Positions 18,825 through 28,345 of a stretch of 64,000 nt of DNA are shown here, piece after piece. How positions within the stretch are numbered: the first letter of the stretch is position 1; every line of letters begins with the position of its first letter. A program made the position numbers and the translations under genes. Origin of the DNA: Actinomycetota bacterium (GTDB taxonomy: Bacteria; Actinomycetota; Actinomycetes; Propionibacteriales; Nocardioidaceae); the NCBI GenBank assembly GCA_009701885.1, contig WLJH01000016.1, positions 16,384 through 80,383 on the forward strand. The letters are read 5' to 3'. The notes beneath the pieces are model-generated. The model was not told the DNA's origin. It did no database searches and saw nothing but the letters and a program-made list of their open reading frames with translations.

Positions 18825-19385
18825 ATGACCGGACGCTGCGAGCTCTTCCTCAGCAACGGCTCGCGGTGCCGCGGGTCCGTGCTGGCGAGGTGCGCCGAGG
18901 ACGGTGCTGCCTTCTGCGCGGCCCACCGCGGCTTCCGCCGTGGCGTCCCGACCGCCGACTGGTGCGCCGCCTGCGAGGGCGCCACCCCCGAGGCCCGCCG
19001 CGAGGCCCGCGCCATCGCCGCCGACCAGGACGTCGCCGCCGTGGCCCTGGTCCAGGACCCGGCCCGGATCGCCGACCTCGTCCGCGCGCGCGGCGTCCAG
19101 ACCCACGCCGGCACCACCGCCAAGGTCGCGACCGGCTGGCTGCGCGGTCGCCGCGCCGAGGCCGAGGACACCCGCTTCTGGCTGGTCACCCTCGAGCCCG
19201 ACCCCGACCACCCCGGCCAGGAGGAGGGGCTCGGCCTCACCACCCAGGGCAGCTGGGTCCGGCACGTCTGGCCGGCCAGCTCCGGCCTCCCGCCGACCCT
19301 CGTCCACGGCGTCATGCCCACCGAGAACGGCGCCCGCCAGCTCGTCCGCTGGCTGCACCGCCACAACGTCGACCTCCCCAGCTGA
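18825..19385 (+). CDS. hypothetical protein with N-terminal Cys/His cluster
   Basis: RCELFLSNGSRC...RC...FCAAH...WCAAC, with strong GC3 codon bias. Confidence 0.65.
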   Translation: MTGRCELFLSNGSRCRGSVLARCAEDGAAFCAAHRGFRRGVPTADWCAACEGATPEARREARAIAADQDVAAVALVQDPARIADLVRARGVQTHAGTTAKVATGWLRGRRAEAEDTRFWLVTLEPDPDHPGQEEGLGLTTQGSWVRHVWPASSGLPPTLVHGVMPTENGARQLVRWLHRHNVDLPS

Positions 19386-19467
19386 CCCAGGCTCCTCGAA
19401 CCGGCGCACGTCTCCCGAAGGACCAGCCCGCTCGACCACCCACGGCCGCCACCGGACACCCGCTGGA

Positions 19468-19674
19468 GGGTGGGGCGTGCGCGGCCACGGCCGGACGGAG
19501 GCGGACCGCGGTGACGTGGGTCGGCCGACGGCGCCCCCGGAGGAGCGTGGATGGGCCTGGCCCCCGGCTCGTGAGGGACGAACGAGACGGGTGGTTGCGA
19601 CGAAGGGGGCGCCGTCGGCCGGCACGCGGCACCGCCACCGCCCCCGGGAGGCCGTGGCCGCGCAGGCCCCACCC
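19468..19674. repeat. nested long inverted repeat (about 207 bp hairpin)
   Basis: Arms 19468-19476/19666-19674, 19478-19492/19650-19664 (15 bp perfect) and 19522-19538/19605-19621 (17 bp perfect). Confidence 0.7.
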
Positions 19675-19694
19675 GACCCACCCGGACGGACCCC

Positions 19695-20102
19695 TCAACC
19701 CTGCGACAGCTCCGCCGCCATCCGCTCCACCAGCGCCGTCAGCCCCTTGAAGGGCCGCACCATCACGGCGAACTCGGTGATCCGCCCGTCCTCGCCCCAG
19801 GTGAGCATGTCCACCCCGTCGACGGCGATCCCGTCGAGGTCGGCCGCGAACTGCAGGACCGCCGAGTCCTCGGCGTACCACTCGCGCCGGTAGGTCAGGG
19901 TCGGGCCGAGGACGACCAGGGCCGCGGAGAGGTACGCCGTGGTGAGGGCCTTGCCGACCTGCGGGGTGTGGACCGCCGGCGAGCGGAAGACGCAGTCCTC
20001 GTGCAGCAGCGCATCGAGCCCGGCGGGGTCGCGGGCAGCGGCGAGCGCGTGCCACGCGGCGACGGTGGGCGGGACGTCCGGGCGGGCGGGGTTGGTGTCC
20101 AT
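19695..20102 (-). CDS. NTF2/SnoaL-like protein
   Basis: LHEDCVFRSPAVHTP, VDGVDML, ITEFAVMVRP. Confidence 0.82.
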   Translation of the reverse strand: MDTNPARPDVPPTVAAWHALAAARDPAGLDALLHEDCVFRSPAVHTPQVGKALTTAYLSAALVVLGPTLTYRREWYAEDSAVLQFAADLDGIAVDGVDMLTWGEDGRITEFAVMVRPFKGLTALVERMAAELSQG

Positions 20103-20132
20103 GCCGGGACCCTAGGACCTGTCCCGGTCGCG

Positions 20133-20537
20133 CTACCCGCCCGAGGCGACGACCTCGACCTCGGCCCGCACCCCGGGCACCCCCGAGAGACGGGCGTCTG
20201 CGGTCACGAGCGGAGCGTCGAGCACCTCGGCGAGCGCGAGGTAGGCCGCGTCGTACGCCGAGACGTTGTCGCGCAGGTCCCACACCCGCGGCAGCAGGTC
20301 GGTGGGGTCGTAGGTCTCCACGCCGAGGTCCACGAGGTCCTCGAGCGCTGCCCTCGCGCGGTCGGCGTCGAGCTTCCTCGCTAGGACGCGGCCGCGCAGG
20401 GCCGAGGCCACCTCTACCCCCAGGAGCGCGGGCGCGTGGATGGTCGTCTCCGGGTCCTGCAGGTGCCGGCGTACGTCGTCGGCCCCGGCGCGACCGAGCA
20501 GCCACTCGACCGTGGCCGAGGCGTCCAGCACGATCAA
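20133..20537 (-). CDS. vapC: VapC PIN-domain toxin
   Basis: TTG start overlapping the antitoxin stop. IVLDASA, YDAAYLALAE, TADARL. Confidence 0.9.
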   Translation of the reverse strand: MIVLDASATVEWLLGRAGADDVRRHLQDPETTIHAPALLGVEVASALRGRVLARKLDADRARAALEDLVDLGVETYDPTDLLPRVWDLRDNVSAYDAAYLALAEVLDAPLVTADARLSGVPGVRAEVEVVASGG

Positions 20538-20761
20538 CGGCCGGCCCGGCCCGCCTCGACGAGCGCGGCCGAGGTGGGTCCCTCGGTCTCGACCGACCTG
20601 CCAGCCACCCGCTCGAGCAGCTCGCGCCGGGTCGGCCGCTCCAGTGACCGCCGCAGCTCGGCGAGGGCGAGCTCGGAGAGCGACACGCCCTCGAGCGCCG
20701 CGCGCGCCTTGAGCCGGCGGTGCACGTCCTCCGGCACGTGGCGGATCTGGATCATGGTCAT
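20534..20761 (-). CDS. vapB: FitA-like ribbon-helix-helix antitoxin
   Basis: IQIRHVPEDVHRRLKARAA, directly upstream of the PIN toxin. Confidence 0.85.
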   Translation of the reverse strand: MTMIQIRHVPEDVHRRLKARAALEGVSLSELALAELRRSLERPTRRELLERVAGRSVETEGPTSAALVEAGRAGR

Positions 20762-20810
20762 GCATCTAGGCTACGTTGCATGTGCGGCACATGCCACCGT
20801 GCCGGCCGGG

Positions 20811-21809
20811 TCAGCGCGGCAGGAACCGGTTGCCCGTGCGCAGCGCCCCCCGCTTGACCCGCTCGGCGACCCGGCCGACCGAGGCCGCGACGGCACCCGG
20901 GAATCGGGGGACCGCGACCAAGACGGGGTCGCCGACCCGCACGACGCCGGGTCGGGTCGTCTCGGCGTAGACGCCCAGGCACCGGTCGCCGACCCGCGAG
21001 ACCGCCTTCGACACGGCCGGGTCGGCGGGGAGCCCTCCGGCCTGCTCGCGCAGCGGCACCGTGCACCGGACCGTGGGGATCTCCGCGCGCAGCTCCGCCG
21101 CGCCGACCCGCAGCGTGCCGCCGACCCAGGCCTGCTCGGCCAGCCCGTCGGGCGCTCCGTCGAGCAGGAGGTTGGGGCGGAAGCGGCGTACGTCGACCTC
21201 GGCCGCGCCCGCGTGCTCGGCGATCGCCCGCAGGCTGGAGGTGGTGAGGACGTGGACGGGGTAGGCGTCGACGAAGGAGCCGACCGGCGTCGCGTAGACC
21301 GCGAGCTCGGCCAGCTTGCGCACGGGGAACATCGACAGGTCCGGCAGCGGCTCGCCCTCGGCGAGGCCGAACTGCTTGCGCAGGTCCTTCTGCGAGGCCA
21401 GCACCCCGCGGTAGGCCGCCTTGTCGTGCAGCGGTGGCAGCGGCACGAGCGAGACGCGGGTGTCGACCAGCTCGGAGAGCGCGGCGCCGAGGCGGGCGCC
21501 GTCGCGGCTGCCGATCTCGGTGCCGTCGGGCAACGTCACGACGACGTGCGCGACGTCGCCCGGCCCGACCCCCGGGGGCGGCTCGGTCTCGAAACGGGCG
21601 GCGCACAGCAGCAGCCCGGGCAGCCGGCGGGCGGTCGTGACCGCGTCGAGCTCCAGGTCGCGCACGGCCCACATCCGGTCGGCGTGCAGGCCCCGCGAAC
21701 CGATCAGGGACTCCTGCAGCTGCTCGCCGCCCATCGACTTCACGGGGAAGCGCCAGAGCTCGCGGAGCGTGCCGGCGGCGGCGTACGACGGGGAGGCGCT
21801 CTCGCTCAC
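20811..21809 (-). CDS. MOSC domain protein
   Basis: LWRFPVKSMGGE, DRMWAV, RRFRPNL, conserved Cys in VRCTVP. GTG 21809 inferred. Confidence 0.87.
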   Translation of the reverse strand: MSESASPSYAAAGTLRELWRFPVKSMGGEQLQESLIGSRGLHADRMWAVRDLELDAVTTARRLPGLLLCAARFETEPPPGVGPGDVAHVVVTLPDGTEIGSRDGARLGAALSELVDTRVSLVPLPPLHDKAAYRGVLASQKDLRKQFGLAEGEPLPDLSMFPVRKLAELAVYATPVGSFVDAYPVHVLTTSSLRAIAEHAGAAEVDVRRFRPNLLLDGAPDGLAEQAWVGGTLRVGAAELRAEIPTVRCTVPLREQAGGLPADPAVSKAVSRVGDRCLGVYAETTRPGVVRVGDPVLVAVPRFPGAVAASVGRVAERVKRGALRTGNRFLPR

Positions 21810-21924
21810 GCTGCCGACCCTAGGGCCGCGACGGGCGGCTGTCGCCTGCTCACCCCTCCCGGCGTGAGCCTCGTCTCGGCACGGATCCGGAAGGTTCCAC
21901 ACCCCTTGGAACGTTCCACCCTGC

Positions 21925-23022
21925 ATGAGCGACAACAGCAACTCCGCCGTGTTCCAGTCCGTCCGGGTCGGCTCCTGGGAGCTCCCGCAGCGGTTCGTGA
22001 TGGCCCCGCTGACGCGCAACCGCTCGCCCGAGACCGTGCCCACCGAGCTCAACGCCCGCTACTACGCCCAGCGCGCCGGCGCCGGCCTGATCATCAGCGA
22101 GGGCACCCAGCCCAGCGCGGTCGGCCAGGGCTACCTCGGCACGCCCGGCATCCACTCCGACGAGCAGGTCGCCGGCTGGCGGCGTACGGCCGAGGCGGTC
22201 CACGCCGAGGGCGGCCGGATCGTCGTGCAGCTGATGCACGCCGGCCGGGTCGCGCACCCGGACAACAAGGGCGGCCTCGAGTCGGTCGCGCCCAGCCCGA
22301 TCGCCGCGCCCGGCGAGATGATCACCGCCGGTGGCTCCTTCCCGCACCCGGAGCCGCGCGCCCTGGGGACCGACGAGCTCCCCGGGATCGTCGAGGAGTT
22401 CGTCCACGCAGCGAAGCAGGCCGTGGCCGCGGGTGTGGACGGCGTGGAGGTCCACTCCGCCAACGGCTACCTGCTGCACCAGTTCCTCTCCCCGGTGAGC
22501 AACACCCGCACCGACTCCTACGGCGGCTCCCCCGAGGCCCGCGCCCGCCTCACCGTCGAGGTGACCCGCTCGGTGGCCGAGGCGATCGGCGCCGACAAGG
22601 TCGGCATCCGGATCAGCCCCGCCCACAACATCCAGGGCGTGCTCGAGGAGGACGCCGAGGACACCCGTGCGACCTACGAGGCCGTGATCGACGGCATCAA
22701 GGACCTCGGCCTGGCCTACCTCTCGATCCTGGCCGACCCGCGCGGCGAGCTGACCCAGGACCTCCGGCGGCGCTTCGGCGGACCCGTGGTCCTGAACTCC
22801 GGCTTCGCCAGCCCGACCACCTTCGAGGAGGTCCAGGAGCTGATCACCGAGGACCTCGCGGACCTGGTCGCCGTGGGCCGCCCGTTCCTGGCCAACCCCG
22901 ATCTCGCCGAGCGCTGGCGTCGTGGGGCCGAGCTGAACGAGGCCGACCCCAGCACCTTCTACGGCGGCGGCGCCGAGGGCTACACCGACTACCCCGTCCT
23001 CGAGGAGTCCTCCGCGGCCTGA
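21925..23022 (+). CDS. old-yellow-enzyme family alkene reductase
   Basis: MAPLTRNR, QLMHAGR, HSANGYLLHQF, GRPFLANPDL, GYTDYP. Confidence 0.93.
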   Translation: MSDNSNSAVFQSVRVGSWELPQRFVMAPLTRNRSPETVPTELNARYYAQRAGAGLIISEGTQPSAVGQGYLGTPGIHSDEQVAGWRRTAEAVHAEGGRIVVQLMHAGRVAHPDNKGGLESVAPSPIAAPGEMITAGGSFPHPEPRALGTDELPGIVEEFVHAAKQAVAAGVDGVEVHSANGYLLHQFLSPVSNTRTDSYGGSPEARARLTVEVTRSVAEAIGADKVGIRISPAHNIQGVLEEDAEDTRATYEAVIDGIKDLGLAYLSILADPRGELTQDLRRRFGGPVVLNSGFASPTTFEEVQELITEDLADLVAVGRPFLANPDLAERWRRGAELNEADPSTFYGGGAEGYTDYPVLEESSAA

Positions 23023-23099
23023 GGCCCGACCGACGCAGGCTCCGCCGCCCGATCCCGGTGGCGGGTGCCGCACGGCGTGAGCCGGTGCGGCACGGCCCA

Positions 23100-23134
23100 G
23101 GCCCCTCCCCCCGGCGATCCCGGGGGGAGGGGCC
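23100..23134 (+). terminator. terminator hairpin after alkene reductase
   Basis: ggcccctccccccgg / ccggggggaggggcc followed by ttcgt. Two further hairpins lie just upstream. Confidence 0.65.
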
Positions 23135-23186
23135 TTCGTCGTCGTACGCCGGACGCAGCACGTCCCGTTCACCTGGCAACGCTTGG

Positions 23187-26100
23187 ATGCCGCCCGTGAG
23201 CCTCCTGCGCAGCGATCGGGCCCCGGCCCCCCGGACCCTGGTCGACGTCTTCCACGCCTCGGTGGCCGGCTGCCCGGACGCCACCGCCCTCGACAGCGGC
23301 ACCGAGCGGCTGACCTACGCCGAGCTCGCCGAGGCCGCCGACGAGCTCGCCGACGAGCTCGCCGCCCGCGGCGTGGGGCGCGGTGACCGGGTGGGGATCC
23401 GGCTGCCGAGCGGCACCACAGACCTCTACGTCGCGATCCTGGGCGTGCTGCACGCGGGCGCCGCCTACGTGCCGGTGGACGCCGACGACCCCGACGAACG
23501 GGCGCGGCTGGTCTTCGGCGAGGCCGACGTCGCCGCGGTGGTGGGGGCCGACCTCGCCGTCGACGTGCGCGGGCAGCGCGCACCCCGGGAGCGTGAGGAG
23601 CCGACGCCCGAGGACGACTGCTGGGTCATCTTCACCTCGGGCTCGACGGGGACGCCCAAGGGCGTGGCCGTCACGCACCGCAACGCCGCGGCCTTCGTCG
23701 ACGCAGAGGCGGCGATGTTCCTGCAGGACGAGCCGATCGGCCCGCACGACCGGGTCATGGCCGGGCTCTCGGTCGCCTTCGACGCCTCCTGCGAGGAGAT
23801 GTGGCTGGCCTGGCGCTACGCCGCCTGCCTGGTGCCGGCGCCGCGCGCGCTGGTCCGCAGCGGCATGGACGTCGGGCCCTGGTTGAGCGCCAACCGGGTC
23901 AGCATCGTCTCCACGGTCCCCACCCTGGTCAGCCTGTGGCCCGACGAGGCCCTGGAACGGGTCCGGCTGCTCATCCTGGGCGGCGAGGCCGTGCCTCCCG
24001 AGCTCGCCGCGCGCCTCGTGCGTCCCGGCCGCGAGGTCTGGAACACCTACGGCCCGACGGAGGCGACCGTCGTGGCGTGCGGCGCGCAGCTCACGGCCGA
24101 GGGCCCGGTCCGGATCGGGCTGCCGCTGGACGGCTGGGACCTGGCGGTGGTCGACGCCGAGGGCCACCCGGTGCCCGTCGGCGCGACCGGCGAGCTGATC
24201 ATCGGCGGGGTCGGGCTGGCCCGCTACCTCGACCCGGCCAAGGACGCCGAGAAGTACGCCCCGATGCCGACCCTCGGGTGGCAGCGGGCCTACCGCTCGG
24301 GCGACCTGGTCGTCCACGACCCCGCGGGCCTGCTCTTCGGCGGCCGCGCCGACGACCAGGTCAAGATCGGCGGACGCCGGATCGAGCTCGGCGAGATCGA
24401 CTCGGCCCTGCTCGGGCTCCCCGGGGTGGTCGGTGCGGCCGCCGCCGTACGCCGCACCAGCACGGGCAACAGCCTCCTGGTCGGCTACGTGACCGTCACC
24501 GACGCCTTCGACCTGGCCTCCTGCATGGCCTCGCTGCGCACGGACCTGCCGGCGGCGCTGGTGCCCCGCCTCGCGGTGGTCGACGACATCCCCACCCGCA
24601 CCTCCGGCAAGGTCGACCGGGACGCCCTGCCGTGGCCGCTGTCCCCCACCCCGGCCAGCACGGGCCTCGAGGGCACCGCCGCGATGATCGCCGGGCTCTG
24701 GCACGACGTCCTGGGCGCCACCCCCGACTCCGCGCACGCCGACTTCTTCGACCTGGGGGGCGGCAGCCTCACCGCTGCCCAGCTGGTGACCCTGCTGCGC
24801 CGCACCCACCCCGACGTCATGGTCGGCGACATCTACGACCACCCGCGGCTCGGCGCGCTGGCGACGTACGTCGACACCCTGGCCGCCGGCGACGACCGGG
24901 TCCTGGACCGCGAGATCCGACCGGTGCCGGTGAAGTCACAGGCCGGCCAGCTGGTGGGCGTGCTGGGGCTGCGGCTGCTCGCGGCGCCGCGCTGGGTGAC
25001 CTGGGTGGCGCTGGCCTCCGCCGTCGCCTCGGGCGTCGACGGCCTCGGGTGGCTGCCCCGGCTGCCGACCTGGGTCCTGGTCGCCGCGGTCCTGGCCTTC
25101 CTGACCCCGCCCAGCCGGATGTTGCTCGCCGCCGGCGTCGCGCGGCTGGCGCTCGCCGGCGTCGAGGAGGGGAGCCATCCCCGAGGCGGCCGGGCGCACC
25201 TGCGGCTGTGGTTCGCCGAGCGCGCCGTGGACCAGCTCGGCGCCACGGCCCTCACCGGGGCGGCGCTGATCACCTGGTACGCCCGGCTGCTGGGCTGCCG
25301 GGTCGGCCGCGACGTCGACCTGCACTCCCTGCCTCCCGTCACGGGCCGGCTCCGGCTCGGCGCGGGCTGCTCGATCGAGCCCGAGGTCGACCTGGCGGGC
25401 TACTGGGTCGACGGCGACGTGGTGCACCTGGGCTCGGTGCAGGTCGGGAAGCGCGCCCGGGTCGGCACCCGGTCCACCCTCGGGCCGGGGGCCGTCGTCG
25501 GCACGGACGCCGAGGTCGCGCCCGGGTCGGCTGTGCTGGGCGAGGTGCCGGCCGGCGAGTTCTGGTCCGGCTCCCCCGCCCACTTGGTCTCCGAGGACGC
25601 CCGCGGCCCCTGGTCGGACCGGCCGTCCGGGTCACCCGCCTGGCTGGCGGCGTACGCCGTCGCGGGGCTGTTCCTGGGCCTGCTGCCGGCCCTGGCCGTG
25701 CTCGTCGGCGGCGCCGCGGCGCTGCTGCTCGCCGACCTCGCCGCCGTCCGGGGGCCCGGCGACCTGCTGGCGGCACTCCTGCCGTGGCTGGTGCCCGGCG
25801 TGGTGCTGGGCTGGCTGGTCCTGGCCGCTGCCGTGCTCGGCGTCGTGCGGCTGTGCGGCCGCGGCCTCGAGCCCGGGGTGCACCCGGTCCGGAGCCTGGC
25901 GGCGCTGCGGGTCTGGGCGACGATGCGGGTCCTCGACGACGCACGCACCTGGCTCTTCCCGCTCTACTCCTCCACCCTCACCCCGCACTGGCTGCGCCTG
26001 CTGGGCGCGCGCATCGGGGACGACGTCGAGGCCTCGACGGTGCTGATGGTGCCGGCGATGACGACTGTCGGGGAGCAGGCGTTCCTCGCCGACGACACCC

Positions 26101-27035
26101 TCATCGGCGGCTACGAGCTCGGCGGGGGCTGGCTGCGGGTGGACAGGGTGAAGGTGGGCAAGCGGGCCTTCGTCGGCAACTCCGGCATGGCCTCCCCGGG
26201 GCGCAAGGTCCCCAAGCGCGCGCTGGTCGCGGTGCTCTCGGCGGCCCCGCGGCGCAGCACGGCCCGCAAGGGCGAGTCCTGGCTGGGGAGCCCGCCGACC
26301 ACCCTGCGGCGGGCCGCGGCGGACTCCGACGACTCGCGCACCTTCGCCCCTCCCGCCCGGCTGCGGGTGGCGCGGGCGGTGTTCGAGGCTGCCCGGGTCG
26401 TGCCGGTGACCCTGACGGTGCTGCTGCACCTGGTGGTCGCGCTGCTCGTCCTCGCCGCCCTCGACGCGGCGGGACCGGTGGTCGCCGTCCTCGTGACCGG
26501 CCCGCTGCTGGTGGTGGCGGGCGTGCTTGCGGCACTGGTGGCGTCCGCGGCGAAGTGGCTGCTGGTCGGACGGCACACCGCCGGCTCGCACCCCCTGTGG
26601 AGCTCCTTCGTGTGGCGCAACGAGCTCGCGGACACCTTCGTGGAGGCGCTGGCCGCCCCCTGGTTCGCCGGCGCGGCCAGCGGCACCCCCCTGCTGTCGT
26701 GGTGGTTCCGCTCCATGGGTGCGCGGATCGGGCGCGGAGTGTGGTGCGAGAGCTACTGGCTGCCCGAGACCGACCTGGTCGAGCTCGGGGACGGCGCCGT
26801 CGTCAACCGCGGCACCGTCGTCCAGACCCATCTCTTCCACGACCGCGTCCTGGCCACCGACCGGGTCCGGATCCGGCGCGGCGGCACGCTCGGCCCGCAC
26901 TCGGTGGTGCTGCCCGCCGCGTCGATCGGGCGGCACGCTACGGTCGGCCCGGTGTCACTGGTGATGAGGGGCGAGTCGGTGCCCGACAAGACCGTGTGGA
27001 TCGGCAACCCCATCGGCCCGTGGACGGGAGCCTGA
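23187..27035 (+). CDS. pls: Pls/PosA-family membrane-bound NRPS (epsilon-poly-L-lysine synthetase-like)
   Basis: A domain (FTSGSTGTPKG, FDASCEEMW, YGPTE, YRSGD, KIGGRRIELGEI), T domain FFDLGGGSL, then three TM plus left-handed beta-helix-like repeats. No C or TE domain. Real start about 23187 (alternative 23196). Confidence 0.9.
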   Translation: MPPVSLLRSDRAPAPRTLVDVFHASVAGCPDATALDSGTERLTYAELAEAADELADELAARGVGRGDRVGIRLPSGTTDLYVAILGVLHAGAAYVPVDADDPDERARLVFGEADVAAVVGADLAVDVRGQRAPREREEPTPEDDCWVIFTSGSTGTPKGVAVTHRNAAAFVDAEAAMFLQDEPIGPHDRVMAGLSVAFDASCEEMWLAWRYAACLVPAPRALVRSGMDVGPWLSANRVSIVSTVPTLVSLWPDEALERVRLLILGGEAVPPELAARLVRPGREVWNTYGPTEATVVACGAQLTAEGPVRIGLPLDGWDLAVVDAEGHPVPVGATGELIIGGVGLARYLDPAKDAEKYAPMPTLGWQRAYRSGDLVVHDPAGLLFGGRADDQVKIGGRRIELGEIDSALLGLPGVVGAAAAVRRTSTGNSLLVGYVTVTDAFDLASCMASLRTDLPAALVPRLAVVDDIPTRTSGKVDRDALPWPLSPTPASTGLEGTAAMIAGLWHDVLGATPDSAHADFFDLGGGSLTAAQLVTLLRRTHPDVMVGDIYDHPRLGALATYVDTLAAGDDRVLDREIRPVPVKSQAGQLVGVLGLRLLAAPRWVTWVALASAVASGVDGLGWLPRLPTWVLVAAVLAFLTPPSRMLLAAGVARLALAGVEEGSHPRGGRAHLRLWFAERAVDQLGATALTGAALITWYARLLGCRVGRDVDLHSLPPVTGRLRLGAGCSIEPEVDLAGYWVDGDVVHLGSVQVGKRARVGTRSTLGPGAVVGTDAEVAPGSAVLGEVPAGEFWSGSPAHLVSEDARGPWSDRPSGSPAWLAAYAVAGLFLGLLPALAVLVGGAAALLLADLAAVRGPGDLLAALLPWLVPGVVLGWLVLAAAVLGVVRLCGRGLEPGVHPVRSLAALRVWATMRVLDDARTWLFPLYSSTLTPHWLRLLGARIGDDVEASTVLMVPAMTTVGEQAFLADDTLIGGYELGGGWLRVDRVKVGKRAFVGNSGMASPGRKVPKRALVAVLSAAPRRSTARKGESWLGSPPTTLRRAAADSDDSRTFAPPARLRVARAVFEAARVVPVTLTVLLHLVVALLVLAALDAAGPVVAVLVTGPLLVVAGVLAALVASAAKWLLVGRHTAGSHPLWSSFVWRNELADTFVEALAAPWFAGAASGTPLLSWWFRSMGARIGRGVWCESYWLPETDLVELGDGAVVNRGTVVQTHLFHDRVLATDRVRIRRGGTLGPHSVVLPAASIGRHATVGPVSLVMRGESVPDKTVWIGNPIGPWTGA

Positions 27036-28345
27036 TGTCGCAGCTGCCCACCGCGGACCCCTACCTCCCCGGCCACGGCGACCTCTCCTTCGGCGTCCGC
27101 CGCTACGACCTCGACCTCGCCTATGCCGTCGAGGGCAACCGCCTGTCCGGCGACGCGACGCTCGAGGTCGAGGTGCTGCTGGCGACGAGCCGCCTGGTCC
27201 TGGACCTGGCGCACCTGTCGGTCGACAAGGTGCGCGTGAGCGGGGCGAGGCTCAAGCGCTTCGCCACCCGCTCGGACCGGCTGGTGCTCGACCTCGCCGA
27301 GGAGGTCCCACGCGGCACCACCCTCACCGTGGTCGTGCGCTACTCCGGCTCCCCCCGCCCCTTGGTCGCCCGCGACCTGGGCGACGCCGGGTGGGAGGAG
27401 CTGACCGACGGCGTCATCGTCGCCGCGCAGCCGCACGGCTCGCCCACGTGGTTCCCCTGCAACGACCGGCCCGACGACAAGGCCTCCTACCGCATCGCGC
27501 TCCGGGTCACCGCCGGCTACACGGTCGTGGCGAACGGCGTCCTGCGTGAGCACCGCCGCGGTGGCAGCACCGAGACCTGGGTCTTCGAGCAGGACGAACC
27601 GATGGCGACGTACCTCGCCACGGTGCAGATCGGCCGCTACGTCGACCACCAGCCCGCCGGGCGGCCCGCGTCCGGCCTGCCCGTGCGGGTCGTGGGGCCC
27701 GCCGACCTCGACGCCCCCGGCTTCGCCCGACAGCACGAGATGGTCGACGCCTTCGAGCGGCTCTTCGGCCCCTACCCCTTCTCCGGGTACGCCGCCGTCG
27801 TCACCGCCGACGAGCTCGAGATCCCCCTGGAGTCGCAGTCGCTGTCGACCTTCGGCCGCAACATCGTCGGCGAGGACTGGGACTCGGTCCGGCTGATCGC
27901 GCACGAGCTCGCGCACCAGTGGTTCGGCAACGCCGTGACCCTGCGGCACTGGCGCGACATCTGGCTGCACGAGGGCTTCGCCTGCTACGCCGAGTGGTTG
28001 TGGTCGGAGGAGTCGGGGTCGACCCCGGCCGCCGAGCTGGCCGCCGAGCACCACGGCCGGCTGGCCGACAAGCCGCAGGACCTGCTGCTGGCCGACCCGG
28101 GCCCGGAGCTGATGTTCGACGACCGGGTCTACAAGCGCGGCGCCTGCGCCCTGCACGCCCTGCGGGTCAAGGTCGGTGACGAGGCGTTCTTCGAGGTGCT
28201 GCGCACCTGGGTCGCCTCGCGCGCCGGGACGTCGGTGACGACCGAGGAGTTCCTCGAGCACGCGGCCTCGGTCAGCGGCAGCGACGTGGAGTCGCTGCTC
28301 ACCCCGTGGCTCCGGGAGCTGGAGCTGCCCGCCCTGCCGAGCTGA
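27035..28345 (+). CDS. M1-family metallopeptidase
   Basis: TGATG coupling to pls. WFPCND, HELAHQW...WLHEGFA (HEXXH-x18-E), VYKRGA. Confidence 0.9.
   Translation: MSQLPTADPYLPGHGDLSFGVRRYDLDLAYAVEGNRLSGDATLEVEVLLATSRLVLDLAHLSVDKVRVSGARLKRFATRSDRLVLDLAEEVPRGTTLTVVVRYSGSPRPLVARDLGDAGWEELTDGVIVAAQPHGSPTWFPCNDRPDDKASYRIALRVTAGYTVVANGVLREHRRGGSTETWVFEQDEPMATYLATVQIGRYVDHQPAGRPASGLPVRVVGPADLDAPGFARQHEMVDAFERLFGPYPFSGYAAVVTADELEIPLESQSLSTFGRNIVGEDWDSVRLIAHELAHQWFGNAVTLRHWRDIWLHEGFACYAEWLWSEESGSTPAAELAAEHHGRLADKPQDLLLADPGPELMFDDRVYKRGACALHALRVKVGDEAFFEVLRTWVASRAGTSVTTEEFLEHAASVSGSDVESLLTPWLRELELPALPS

Noticed and set aside
20436-23186. N-terminal 917 aa of the 2199-aa ORF, suggesting a giant NRPS
   Set aside because: This part is Arg/Gly/Pro-rich shadow sequence overlapping the vapBC, MOSC and alkene reductase genes. 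NRPS motifs begin only after 23187.
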